Of a DNA stretch of 64,000 bases, positions 1 through 8,377 are shown one piece after another (positions within the stretch are counted from its first letter, which is position 1; each line of letters starts with the position of its first letter). Source of the DNA: Acidobacteriota bacterium (GTDB lineage: Bacteria; Acidobacteriota; UBA890; WLXD01); the NCBI GenBank assembly GCA_965248695.1, contig CBDFKD010000002.1:3680001-3744000 (forward strand). The letters are read 5' to 3'. The position numbers were made by a program, and so were the translations under genes. The notes below the pieces were generated by a model. The model was not told where the DNA came from. It saw nothing but the letters and a program-made list of their open reading frames with translations, and searched no databases.

Positions 1-103
1 GTTCGCCGACAACGGGGGAAGCCAGCGCAGCCAGCAGGCACCAGGCGGATACCCGGTAGCGGAGCAGATCGGTCGCTCGACGGTCTGCGTCTCCGCTGTC
101 CAT
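1..103 (-). CDS. 5' fragment of a probable secreted protein (runs off the window)
   Basis: ATG at 103 opens MDSGDADRRATDLLRYRVSAWCLLAALASPVVGE, which looks like a signal peptide; the rest lies outside the window. Confidence 0.35.
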   Translation of the reverse strand, partial: MDSGDADRRATDLLRYRVSAWCLLAALASPVVGE

Positions 104-292
104 TGCTTCGGCCTCCGCGGCGGTGACCACAGGGCAGGCTCTCGTTCGGCCCGTGCCCGATTGCAGTACCCGCGCACCACCCTGGGCGAATTCGCGGGCA
201 CCGTTACCGATTCGACGAAATCCGTCAACCGAGACTGTGGGGTTTTCGGCGTCAGGCAGGACAGCGAGCCAGGGCCTGCAAGGGCCCGGCCA

Positions 293-2506
293 TTACCCGC
301 TCTCCAGCACCCGCAGGGCCAACAGGCGCACTGCCTGTTGTTCCGCCGCCAGATCGACGATCTTCAGCTCGACCTCGTACTGACCCGGCTCGAGACTGGG
401 CAACGGGAGAACTCCCCCGTGGACACCCGGAGACACGGGCCGCAGCTCCGTTGGCGCGGCCACGATGATGGGCGCCTCGACGCCCTCGCGACGAACGGCG
501 AGCACGAGCTGCGGGCTGGCGGCGCCACCAACCTGTACGCTGGCTGCAAGTCGGAGGCCCGATCGAGCGTCCGAGCTCAGCAGCGGCCGGATGCCGCCCC
601 CTACCGGGTCGACGGCGACGAGCATCGGATCGGCCATGCGCCAGCCATCCTCGCTGGATGGCACCTCCACCGCCAACCTGGCGGTGCCGACACGATCCCC
701 CGGCACCTCGTTCACGAACATGCGCACGTCGTAGACGCCAGGGTCCACCTGAAATTCCCTGATGTAGGGAGAGAACCGTGCGGAGTTCGCCGCCGACTGC
801 CTCCCTGCCGCGGCCTCGGAAGCCACCCTCGCGTGGAACTCATGGCCCAGCCCACCGGCGCTACTCACGGCGACGGCGTGAACCTCGAAGAACGGGATGC
901 CGAGCTGCTGAATTGCCTGCTCGTCCACCCCGTCGCGGGTGTCGACGGTCCCGAAGGCGGGCGCCCAGCTACCGAGAACCGTCTCTTCCTGTCCGGGTAA
1001 CCCGATTGCCAGGTAGATGCTGGGAGAGCCGTCTGCGGCGAACCGGTGGAACCCCCGCGCCGGCACGGGTCGACCCACTACCGACCCCGGCAACGTCAGC
1101 GCAGCGGTGATCTCGCGCTTGCGCCGTTCCAGCGCAGGCAGCTCCCGGTATCCCGGACGCGCGCGCACTTCGGCGCCTGAAACGCCGACCTCGACCTCGA
1201 TCTCGTGGTATTCGCCGTCCTCGTGGGGCTCCGGCGGCTCGTAGAAGAGCATGTAGAAGCGCGTCGAGTCGACGTATTGCTCCCGGAACGCGCGGCCGAG
1301 ATCGGACCAGCCGATAAACGATCGGCCCCCAGTGCTGGCCGCTACTTCAGACAGCGGAGCCGTCAACTGCGCGTATGCCGGGCGGATGTTCCGCCGCAGC
1401 GCCCTCGCCACCTGGTTGTCTCCGACTGCTGCCCGAGTGCCCAGTGAGCCGAGCTCCGAGATCGGTCGGGGGTCGATGGCGTAGATGCTCACGTTGCCGG
1501 TGTTGGCGGCCTCCACCAGAGTGTCCATCGCATCGAGCACCCTCGGATCGGGCACGGACCAGGTGGTTTGGGCCGAGCTGCTCACTTCGGCAGCCACGAT
1601 CTCTTGCACGGTCGCGGCGAAGGCGCCGAAGGGCCCGCTGTTGGTAACAATGGCGCCCGACGAGATCCACACTAGGGCCGTCCGGCCCTCCATGACCGAA
1701 AGGGCATGGGTCAGCTCGGTGAGCCGGCGCAGGGTGTATCCGAAGCGCTGTCGCGCCTGCTCGCCATCCCTTGTGGCCGTTTGCTCCGCGGCGCGGACGA
1801 CATCGCGAATCTTGGCTGGCGAGCTGCCGGCGTTGTTCAGCACGTCGAGCGCATTCTTCATCATGTTGGGGTACTCGCGGCTCATTCGCTCGAAGATCGA
1901 CTCGCTCGCCGGCCCGGCCTCGATCGCCATCAGAGCCGCGTTCCGCAACACGTCTCGATCGGTCGTCAGCGGTGCCAGCTGGCGCAACGCGCCGCCCTCA
2001 CTGAGCATGAACATGGCGCGCGGGATGGCGAGATCCCCGTCTCCCTCGAACAGCCCTCCGAGCACCTCCGACAGCTGTGGATGGTCCGACTGATCGAGGC
2101 TCGGCTGGTCGACGAAGTACACAATCGCCCCGAGGGTGGCAGCGCTCTGTATCTCGGCAGCCGGTCCGCTCGAGCCGCGGGAGCCGAGGTTCGTGACCCG
2201 CCCACTCTCCGCGCTGACCAGTTGAACACCGGTGATCTCCTGCACGACCCCGTCTTCGAGCAGGCGAAAATCCTCGGCGGCCAGGTCGTCGACGAAGTTA
2301 CCGTCGCCGTCGGTTACCAGCGTATCGACGCGTACACGAGTGACGGCAGAGCGGAACGTCGGGGTTTGCGCGGTCTGCGCCGGCTCTTGCAGCAGCGGGT
2401 GCTCTGCCGCTGCATTTGAACCGGCGACGGCGACGCTCGATAGGCAAAGGAACGCCGCAGCAATCGCAAGCGTCTTGGAAGGCGTGAGATCGGGCTCTCG
2501 ATCCAT
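293..2506 (-). CDS. VWFA-related acidobacterial domain protein (secreted)
   Basis: Signal peptide, then FRSAVTRVRVDTLVTDGDGNFVDDLAAEDFRLLEDGVVQ, ANTGNVSIYAIDPR, ASTGG, YMLFYEP, EVRARPGY. Confidence 0.85.
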   Translation of the reverse strand: MDREPDLTPSKTLAIAAAFLCLSSVAVAGSNAAAEHPLLQEPAQTAQTPTFRSAVTRVRVDTLVTDGDGNFVDDLAAEDFRLLEDGVVQEITGVQLVSAESGRVTNLGSRGSSGPAAEIQSAATLGAIVYFVDQPSLDQSDHPQLSEVLGGLFEGDGDLAIPRAMFMLSEGGALRQLAPLTTDRDVLRNAALMAIEAGPASESIFERMSREYPNMMKNALDVLNNAGSSPAKIRDVVRAAEQTATRDGEQARQRFGYTLRRLTELTHALSVMEGRTALVWISSGAIVTNSGPFGAFAATVQEIVAAEVSSSAQTTWSVPDPRVLDAMDTLVEAANTGNVSIYAIDPRPISELGSLGTRAAVGDNQVARALRRNIRPAYAQLTAPLSEVAASTGGRSFIGWSDLGRAFREQYVDSTRFYMLFYEPPEPHEDGEYHEIEVEVGVSGAEVRARPGYRELPALERRKREITAALTLPGSVVGRPVPARGFHRFAADGSPSIYLAIGLPGQEETVLGSWAPAFGTVDTRDGVDEQAIQQLGIPFFEVHAVAVSSAGGLGHEFHARVASEAAAGRQSAANSARFSPYIREFQVDPGVYDVRMFVNEVPGDRVGTARLAVEVPSSEDGWRMADPMLVAVDPVGGGIRPLLSSDARSGLRLAASVQVGGAASPQLVLAVRREGVEAPIIVAAPTELRPVSPGVHGGVLPLPSLEPGQYEVELKIVDLAAEQQAVRLLALRVLESG

Positions 2507-2606
2507 GGCCGAAGAGTACCTGCGAACGCCTCACGGCGATAGCGTCCGGAGGTATCCCGAGGATCATGCGGCAAACGTCGCACGATCGAGGATTCTGACG
2601 ATCTGG

Positions 2607-2906
2607 CTAGCCGTTGCTCGCCAGTCTTCTGACCACCCAATCCGAAGTCCAGTAGACCACGAAGCACAGCACCAGCAGGATCATCGGGAAGCCGGGCGAG
2701 AGCACTTCCGTGTCCGCGCCTCCCGAGACGATGTTGCGGATGATCTCGTAAAGCCACAAGCCGATACCGGTGGCCAGGGTCAGCGTACCGGGGATCTTGT
2801 GTGCTCCCTCGTGATATAGCGCCGCCCACAGCACGATGAATGACGGAAGCGTAGCGGCGTAACTGCCCTGTATGAGCTCGAAGGCGCGCGTGCCCGACAG
2901 CGCCAT
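2607..2906 (-). CDS. Small membrane protein (about 3 TM), hypothetical
   Basis: 99-aa ORF with three hydrophobic segments. Confidence 0.5.
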   Translation of the reverse strand: MALSGTRAFELIQGSYAATLPSFIVLWAALYHEGAHKIPGTLTLATGIGLWLYEIIRNIVSGGADTEVLSPGFPMILLVLCFVVYWTSDWVVRRLASNG

Positions 2907-2935
2907 AGCTTCGAGGTATCGGCAATCGGGCGCGG

Positions 2936-2977
2936 CGGGCTTAAAGGCCGGTGCGCTGCCAACTGAGCTGCTGACAG
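2936..2977 (-). pseudogene. Degenerate tRNA 5' half (tRNA-Lys-like)
   Basis: Minus strand reads GTCAGCAGCTCAGTTGGCAGCGCACCGGCCTTTAAGCCCG: a D-arm consensus AGCTCAGTTGG-AG-GC and an anticodon-like arm CCGGC-CTTTAA-GCCCG; no T-arm or acceptor 3' strand. Confidence 0.45.
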
Positions 2978-3173
2978 CGCCCGACGAGTGCGGCAGGCTC
3001 GACAGGAGGCTTAGGGGCGCTCCTGTGGCTCAGGTAGCTTCGTCGTTGAGGGGGCTTGGGAGGCTTGGATCCCACCGGAACGTAGGCTGAAAGTAGGCTG
3101 AGCCGTCCTTCCCGTGGATAGAAATACGGGGCCTTCCTGAGGCGTAATTACCTTCCAGGAAAAGAGAATTCAG

Positions 3174-3217
3174 GAGTGGGCGCACCGGGATTCGAACCTG
3201 GGACTTCCACCGTGTGA
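3174..3217 (-). repeat. Copy of tRNA-Val 3' half (att core)
   Basis: 44-bp exact match to 6363-6406 (gagtgggcgcaccgggattcgaacctgggacttccaccgtgtga). Confidence 0.95.
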
Positions 3218-3421
3218 AACGGGGACATGATGACGAATAGTTGCGATCCCTTGCCGTTGTCTGAGTTTAGCGTCGCCGTTGCTTAGCGTTGCTTGCTGTT
3301 GCTCACGGTTGTCTGCGACGGAATTGTCAACGGATTTGTCAACGCACGCTTTGGGGCTCGCCGTGCTTCACGGGGCCGCGGGTAACGCGGGCACCAGAGA
3401 CTGGTCTATGGTGTGCGCCCA

Positions 3422-4918
3422 ATGAAAGACGCGACGGAGCAACCGAACATCATCCTGGTGTTTGTCGACAACCAGCCGGCCGACATGCTGGGGTGTGCGG
3501 GCAACGACGAGATCCAGACTCCGTATCTCGATCAGCTCGCCCAGCAAGGGGTGCGTTTCGATCAAGCTTTCTGTCCCAACACAATGTGTTCACCCTGCCG
3601 GGCTTCGGTACTGACGGGCCTGATGCCATCACAGCACGGAGTCCACACCTGGCTCGACGACACGCTGATCGATGAGTGGCCCGAGAACTGGAGTGCGATC
3701 GAGGAGTTCGAGGCACTTCCGACGCTCCTTTCCCGAGCGGGCTACGACAGTGCGTTGGTGGGCAAGTACCACCTCGGGCGCGTCGATAGGCCGCAGAATG
3801 GCTTTCGGGAATGGGTGACGATGGCCATCGGCCACGTCCAATCCTTCTACGACAATGCGATTGTCGAGAACGGCCAGGAGTACGCGGTGGCTGGCCACGC
3901 CGTCGAGTTCTTCACCGAGCAGGCCGTCGCCTACTTGCGACGACGCGCCGACGCCAGCAAGCCGTTCTTTTTGTTTCTCACGTATCCCGCGCCTTACGGA
4001 CATTGGCCGGCAATCAAGGGCGAGATTACGAACCAGTTCGCCGACATGTATCGAGCGCTGCCCATGAGCTCGGTCCCCCGGGAGGGCCTCAGTAGACAGC
4101 TCATCGATTGGATCATCCTTAGACACCAGATCGCGCCTGGCGAGTGGGAGGAGGATTACAAATCGATGGCGCAAATGCCGAACGATCTACCAACACTGCG
4201 CAACTACTACTCCCAAATGAGCATGGTAGATCTCGGTGTCGGGCGCGTGTTGGAAGGGATAGACGCGCTCGAAATGGCCCGCAACACGCTGATCGTCTAC
4301 ACGTCAGACCATGGCATGTCCCTCGGGCAACACGGCTTCTGGGGGCATGGCGAAGACACATGGCCCGCGAACAACCATCGCGAGGCGACCCATATTCCAC
4401 TGATCGTCCGTCCGCCCGATGGCCCAGCAGCCCCGGGCCAGGTCCTCTCCTCGTTGGTGGGGACTACAGATATCTTCGCCACGATCCTCGACTATGCGGG
4501 GGTCGACCTGCCCGACGCGAGCAAGTCCCAGTCCAAGAGCATCCGTCCGTTGCTACAGGGAGCGAACGTGGATTGGGATGACACGGTTTTCATGGAGCAG
4601 GAGGAAACCAGGTCCATACGGACCGCTAGATGGCTGTTCATGAAGCGATTCCGAGGATCGAGCTACGAGTTTATCGACGAGCTCTACGACCTCGAGGAGG
4701 ACCCGGGGGAGCGAAACAACCTATCTGGCCAGCCGAGTCACGCAGGTGTCCTCGCCGAGCTGAACGCACGGGTAGACTGCTTCTTCGCCGACATTGCCGA
4801 TCCCCAATGGGACTTGTGGAACGGCGGCACGGTGAAATCGAACTCCAGCCGCCCCTTCCTCTGGAAGGACGCATGGGGAGCGAGGTGGTCCCCGGCCTAC
4901 GGTCCAAGCGACCGGTGA
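3422..4918 (+). CDS. Sulfatase (Cys-type, formylglycine-dependent family)
   Basis: PNIILVFVDN, CSPCRASVLTG (CxPxR), GKYHLG, YTSDHG, ELYDLEEDPGERNNL; start 3413 (GTG) or 3422 (ATG). Confidence 0.92.
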   Translation: MKDATEQPNIILVFVDNQPADMLGCAGNDEIQTPYLDQLAQQGVRFDQAFCPNTMCSPCRASVLTGLMPSQHGVHTWLDDTLIDEWPENWSAIEEFEALPTLLSRAGYDSALVGKYHLGRVDRPQNGFREWVTMAIGHVQSFYDNAIVENGQEYAVAGHAVEFFTEQAVAYLRRRADASKPFFLFLTYPAPYGHWPAIKGEITNQFADMYRALPMSSVPREGLSRQLIDWIILRHQIAPGEWEEDYKSMAQMPNDLPTLRNYYSQMSMVDLGVGRVLEGIDALEMARNTLIVYTSDHGMSLGQHGFWGHGEDTWPANNHREATHIPLIVRPPDGPAAPGQVLSSLVGTTDIFATILDYAGVDLPDASKSQSKSIRPLLQGANVDWDDTVFMEQEETRSIRTARWLFMKRFRGSSYEFIDELYDLEEDPGERNNLSGQPSHAGVLAELNARVDCFFADIADPQWDLWNGGTVKSNSSRPFLWKDAWGARWSPAYGPSDR

Positions 4919-4928
4919 TCGGCGGCGG

Positions 4929-5353
4929 CTATGACCCACCCCGGAATCGGGGCTGACCGGCTAATAGTTCCCAGAACTCGCGTGCGCTCAGGACGCGAAT
5001 CCCTTCCACTTCGTCGAAAGCATCGAGCAACGCCCGATCGCCGGTCACGAATACGTCTGCCCGCGCGTTGACTGCGCTCGCGACGACCCAATCATCGTCT
5101 GCGCCTCCGATCTCTAGCGGGTATGGATGCTGTGGCATGGGCTCGACATGATGTCTGCGGATGAACTGAACTGCAGAGTCGACAACCGCACGCGCCGCGC
5201 CGAGCTTATCTTCAAGAACGGACCGGAACTCAGTTACCAAGACCTCGGAAGCGAGCAACTCGTGCTCCGCCCGCACAGCCCGTAGCACGTCGGCGCAGAG
5301 GCCCCGCGTAGCGAATGCGCTCACGAGAACGTTGGTGTCCAAGACACCCTCAA
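4929..5353 (-). pseudogene. PIN-domain toxin (VapC-like) with a 1-nt deletion in codon 4
   Basis: DTNVLVSAF, DDDWVVASA, FVTGDRALL; native TTG start at 5353 reads TTG AGG GTG TC TTG GAC ACC AAC, one base short of MRVFLDTN. Confidence 0.75.
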
Positions 5354-5424
5354 GAAACGTTCTCGAACACGTCCTCGTCGGTGAGATAGCCGCGAGCCTC
5401 AGCGAATGGCATCAGCTGTTCCCT
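5350..5424 (-). pseudogene. C-terminal remnant of the antitoxin of the PIN toxin
   Basis: REQLMPFAEARGYLTDEDVFENVS*; stop overlaps the toxin start (TTGA); N-terminal DNA-binding part is missing. Confidence 0.65.
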
Positions 5425-5473
5425 ATCAAGAGGAGCGCGGCCGAGTCCAGCCCGCTCGGCAGCGGGATTCAGC

Positions 5474-5510
5474 GTGGGCGCACCGGGATTCGAACCAAGG
5501 ACTTCCACCG
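5474..5510 (-). repeat. Second copy of tRNA-Val 3' half (att core)
   Basis: 37 bp with 2 mismatches to 6365-6401. Confidence 0.9.
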
Positions 5511-5552
5511 CCTTGCATCGTTGTGTAATAAGTGGCGCAGTAGACTGCGCGC

Positions 5553-5937
5553 ATGGAAATGGAACGTCCCGACGACATCATCGTCAGCGATCGACCCATC
5601 GATCCGGAGGTGTTGCACAAGCTGGTCGACCGCTTCTTCGGCGACATGGTGAAGCTGGTGGTCGACGTGCGCCGGCGGTTCGTCGCCGTCGGTGGCGAGC
5701 TTCACGCCGACGCCGAGGCGATTCCGCCGGGACGTGGAAGTAAGCAAGCCGACCTGTGGGGCGCGAACTACTACCCAGGTATGGGACCTGGGACCTGAAG
5801 ACTGCCTTCAGTTCACGGCGCTGATCAACATCCGGCCAGCGCAAGACAACCGTGCCATGGAGGTTCAGGATTCCGCGATCCGCGAGACCATGCGAGGGAT
5901 CGTGCACGAACTGGTGGGCCGAGGAGAGTCGCTGTGA
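5553..5937 (+). pseudogene. DUF5674-family gene broken by a 7-bp tandem duplication
   Basis: MVKLVVDV..GGELHADAE..LWGANYYP and FTALINIRPAQDNR lie in different frames; gggacct is duplicated at 5783-5796 and removing one copy restores the frame. Confidence 0.8.
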
Positions 5938-6317
5938 ACGCGCCGTCGCAGCATTCCCGTCTCTCTCGAGCCCGCTGGGCCGAGTTCTCTTGCGATCGCC
6001 AGATCCTGATGATTGCCAACGAGGTGCACCGAACCGCTCGCCTGATAGACCTCGGCGCATGGGACCGCGTGCACGCGGGGCTCGAACGTGTGTTGCGGTT
6101 GACGGATCTGACGATCTCCTGTGTCACATCACCCACGAGGCGCCGAGAACTGCTGCGATGGCGTGGCCTGGCCGCCGCCCTCTATCTGCAATCACGACCC
6201 GACGCCGACATGCACAAGCAGATGTTTCTCTGCCTGCTGCAGTTCACACCGACGGCGTTTCAACAGACCGCGGTGCTATTCGACGATCACCGCAAGAGTT
6301 CCGCGCTCCGATCGTGA
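5934..6317 (+). CDS. Hypothetical helical protein coupled to the DUF5674 gene
   Basis: GTGA overlap with the upstream stop; QILMIANEVHR..LERVLRLTDLTI..RELLRWR. Confidence 0.7.
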   Translation: MNAPSQHSRLSRARWAEFSCDRQILMIANEVHRTARLIDLGAWDRVHAGLERVLRLTDLTISCVTSPTRRRELLRWRGLAAALYLQSRPDADMHKQMFLCLLQFTPTAFQQTAVLFDDHRKSSALRS

Positions 6318-6365
6318 AAGGGTCCGGCGACCAAGGCCCCGTTGGATGAACGAATCAGAAAAGAG

Positions 6366-6438
6366 TGGGCGCACCGGGATTCGAACCTGGGACTTCCACC
6401 GTGTGAGGATGGCACTCTAACCGCTGAGTTATGCGCCC
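6366..6438 (-). tRNA. tRNA-Val(CAC)
   Basis: GGGCGCA/TGCGCCC acceptor stem, D-loop TAACTCAGCGGTTAGAGT, anticodon arm CCATC-CTCACAC-GGTGG, GGTTCGAATCC; CCA not encoded. Confidence 0.97.
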
Positions 6439-6641
6439 ACCTGGATGGTCTGGCTCGAGCGAGCCGGCCGAGGTGGAGTGCCCGATCACACGGACTCAGC
6501 AGGCGTCCATGATAGCGGTCGCGCTCGGGTGGGCCAAGCGGCGGCGGGCGCACTGGAAAGCTGGCGGCAAGGGGCTAATATGACCACTCCGCAGGCTGTC
6601 GTGTTTTCTCGCGATCTTGCTCCTTCAGATAGGCGAAACAT

Positions 6642-6968
6642 ATGGACAACCAGGAAGACATCGCTCCCACTTCCGATGGACACGTGCAGATATCCGCAAC
6701 CGACGATGACCTGAAGGGTCGGTACGCGAACCTGATGTCGGTGAGCCACACGGCGGAGGAGTTCGTGTGCGACTTCTTCTCGGTTACGCCAGCGGGGGAG
6801 GGGCCGCGCGGTCACTTGGTGTCGCGGGTGATCGTGTCGCCGTCGCACTACAAGCGCATCGTCAGCGCGCTGAGCGACAACCTGCGCAAGTACGAGGAGC
6901 AGTTCGGTGAGATCGAGGATCCGCAGGGCAACTTGCCGAGTCCGGACGACATCGGCTTCGTGCACTAG
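6642..6968 (+). CDS. DUF3467 family protein
   Basis: GRYANLMSVSHTAEEFVCDF..SRVIVSPSHYKR..YEEQFGEI. Confidence 0.85.
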   Translation: MDNQEDIAPTSDGHVQISATDDDLKGRYANLMSVSHTAEEFVCDFFSVTPAGEGPRGHLVSRVIVSPSHYKRIVSALSDNLRKYEEQFGEIEDPQGNLPSPDDIGFVH

Positions 6969-7007
6969 AGCGCTGTCCTGGCGGGGGAGCGTACGAGTGG
7001 GAGGAGG

Positions 7008-8315
7008 TTGGCTGTGAGGCGTCGCGACGTTCTTCGATCGGGGGTCGGCGCCCTCGGCGCTGGTCTGGTCAGTGGGTCTGCCGGGCTCGCCTCGGCGGCC
7101 ACGCCGACGCAGTTCTTCGGGCGTGGCGCCCCGGGGCGTCGGTTCGATGCCTGGGTCGGCATCCACGCGCCCAACCTGGCCGCCAACCTGGAGCTCGTAC
7201 GACAGCGGGCGGCCGGCCGGCCGGTGCTGGCGGTGGTCAAAGCGAACGCGTACGGACACGGCGTGGTGCAGGTGGCACAGGTGCTCGCCGAGGCCGGGGC
7301 CGACGGGTTCATGGTGGCCAATACGCAGGAGGCGGTGGCGCTACGCGACGCGGATATCGAGGCGCCGATCCTGCACTTCGGTCGCGTGTTCGGGCCCGGC
7401 GCAGAGCTGATCATCGAGTACGGGCTGGAGCAGATGGTCGACTCGATCGATGTGGTGTCCGCCCTGGTTGCCGGGGCGGCCATGCAGCGGAAGGAAGCCG
7501 TGGTGCACGTGCACGTCGATACCGGGATGGGTCGCGTCGGCGTGCCCTGGCGTGACGCGCCAGAGTTGTTGTCGTACATCGGCGGCAGATCGCGCATACG
7601 CATTGCCGGCGTGAGCACGACCCTCACCGAGGATGCGGACTTCGACAGCGTGCAGCTGAGACGCTTGGATGAGATCTGCCAGCGTGCCGTTGCTGAGGGC
7701 ATCGACATCGGTCGACGGCACGCCGCCAGCAGCGCGGCTGTGCTGGGCAATCCGGACGCCCACCTGGACATGGTGCGCCCGGGGATGCTGCTGTACGGGC
7801 ACTACCCGTCGCGGGCGGCGCGGGACCTCGAGCCTGATCTCGGGCTCAAGCCGGTGCTCGGGCTGCGGGCGCGGGTGGTGAGCGTCAAGACGCTACGTCA
7901 GGGCGAGTCGATCGGCTACCACCGGGTCTACATTGCCGAGTCATCGCAGAAGATCGCGGTGTTGCCGATCGGGCACTCCGACGGCTACCCGCCCGAGGCG
8001 GCGATCAACGGTCACGTGTGGATCCGTGGGCGCCGCTGTCCGTTCGTTGCCGAGATCAACGCCAACCACTCGATGGTGCGGCTACCGGAGGATCTCGACG
8101 TGCAACCGGGCGAGCTGGCGGTGATGATCGCCACCGGTGACGAGCGTGCGGCGTTCGGAGCCGAGCCGGGTCCCGAGGCCCGAGATCCGAGCATGGGGAT
8201 GCCAACCGCCGAGATGGTGGCTGACTGGGCCGGGGTGGGCGACTACCGGGTCATCACCCAGCTGAGCTCGGAGCTACCACGCAGCATCGAGGGAAGGCGT
8301 CGCCGCAGGTTCTAG
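7008..8315 (+). CDS. alr: Alanine racemase family protein with Tat signal peptide
   Basis: AVVKANAYGHG (PLP lysine), HVDTGMGRVG, DMVRPG, SIGYH, IGHSDGY; N-terminus RRRDVL, hydrophobic stretch, ASA. Confidence 0.88.
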   Translation: MAVRRRDVLRSGVGALGAGLVSGSAGLASAATPTQFFGRGAPGRRFDAWVGIHAPNLAANLELVRQRAAGRPVLAVVKANAYGHGVVQVAQVLAEAGADGFMVANTQEAVALRDADIEAPILHFGRVFGPGAELIIEYGLEQMVDSIDVVSALVAGAAMQRKEAVVHVHVDTGMGRVGVPWRDAPELLSYIGGRSRIRIAGVSTTLTEDADFDSVQLRRLDEICQRAVAEGIDIGRRHAASSAAVLGNPDAHLDMVRPGMLLYGHYPSRAARDLEPDLGLKPVLGLRARVVSVKTLRQGESIGYHRVYIAESSQKIAVLPIGHSDGYPPEAAINGHVWIRGRRCPFVAEINANHSMVRLPEDLDVQPGELAVMIATGDERAAFGAEPGPEARDPSMGMPTAEMVADWAGVGDYRVITQLSSELPRSIEGRRRRRF

Positions 8316-8377
8316 CGACAGGCCTCACGACTCGAAGCGGCCGGCTTTGATGCGGCGAGCCCGTTGGTTGCCGACGC

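Larger units (their letters stand above)
3174..6406. mobile_element. Tandem integrase-less islets at the tRNA-Val 3' end
   Basis: Three direct copies of the tRNA 3' half (3174, 5474, 6363) bracket accessory and decayed genes; no integrase in the window. Confidence 0.7.
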
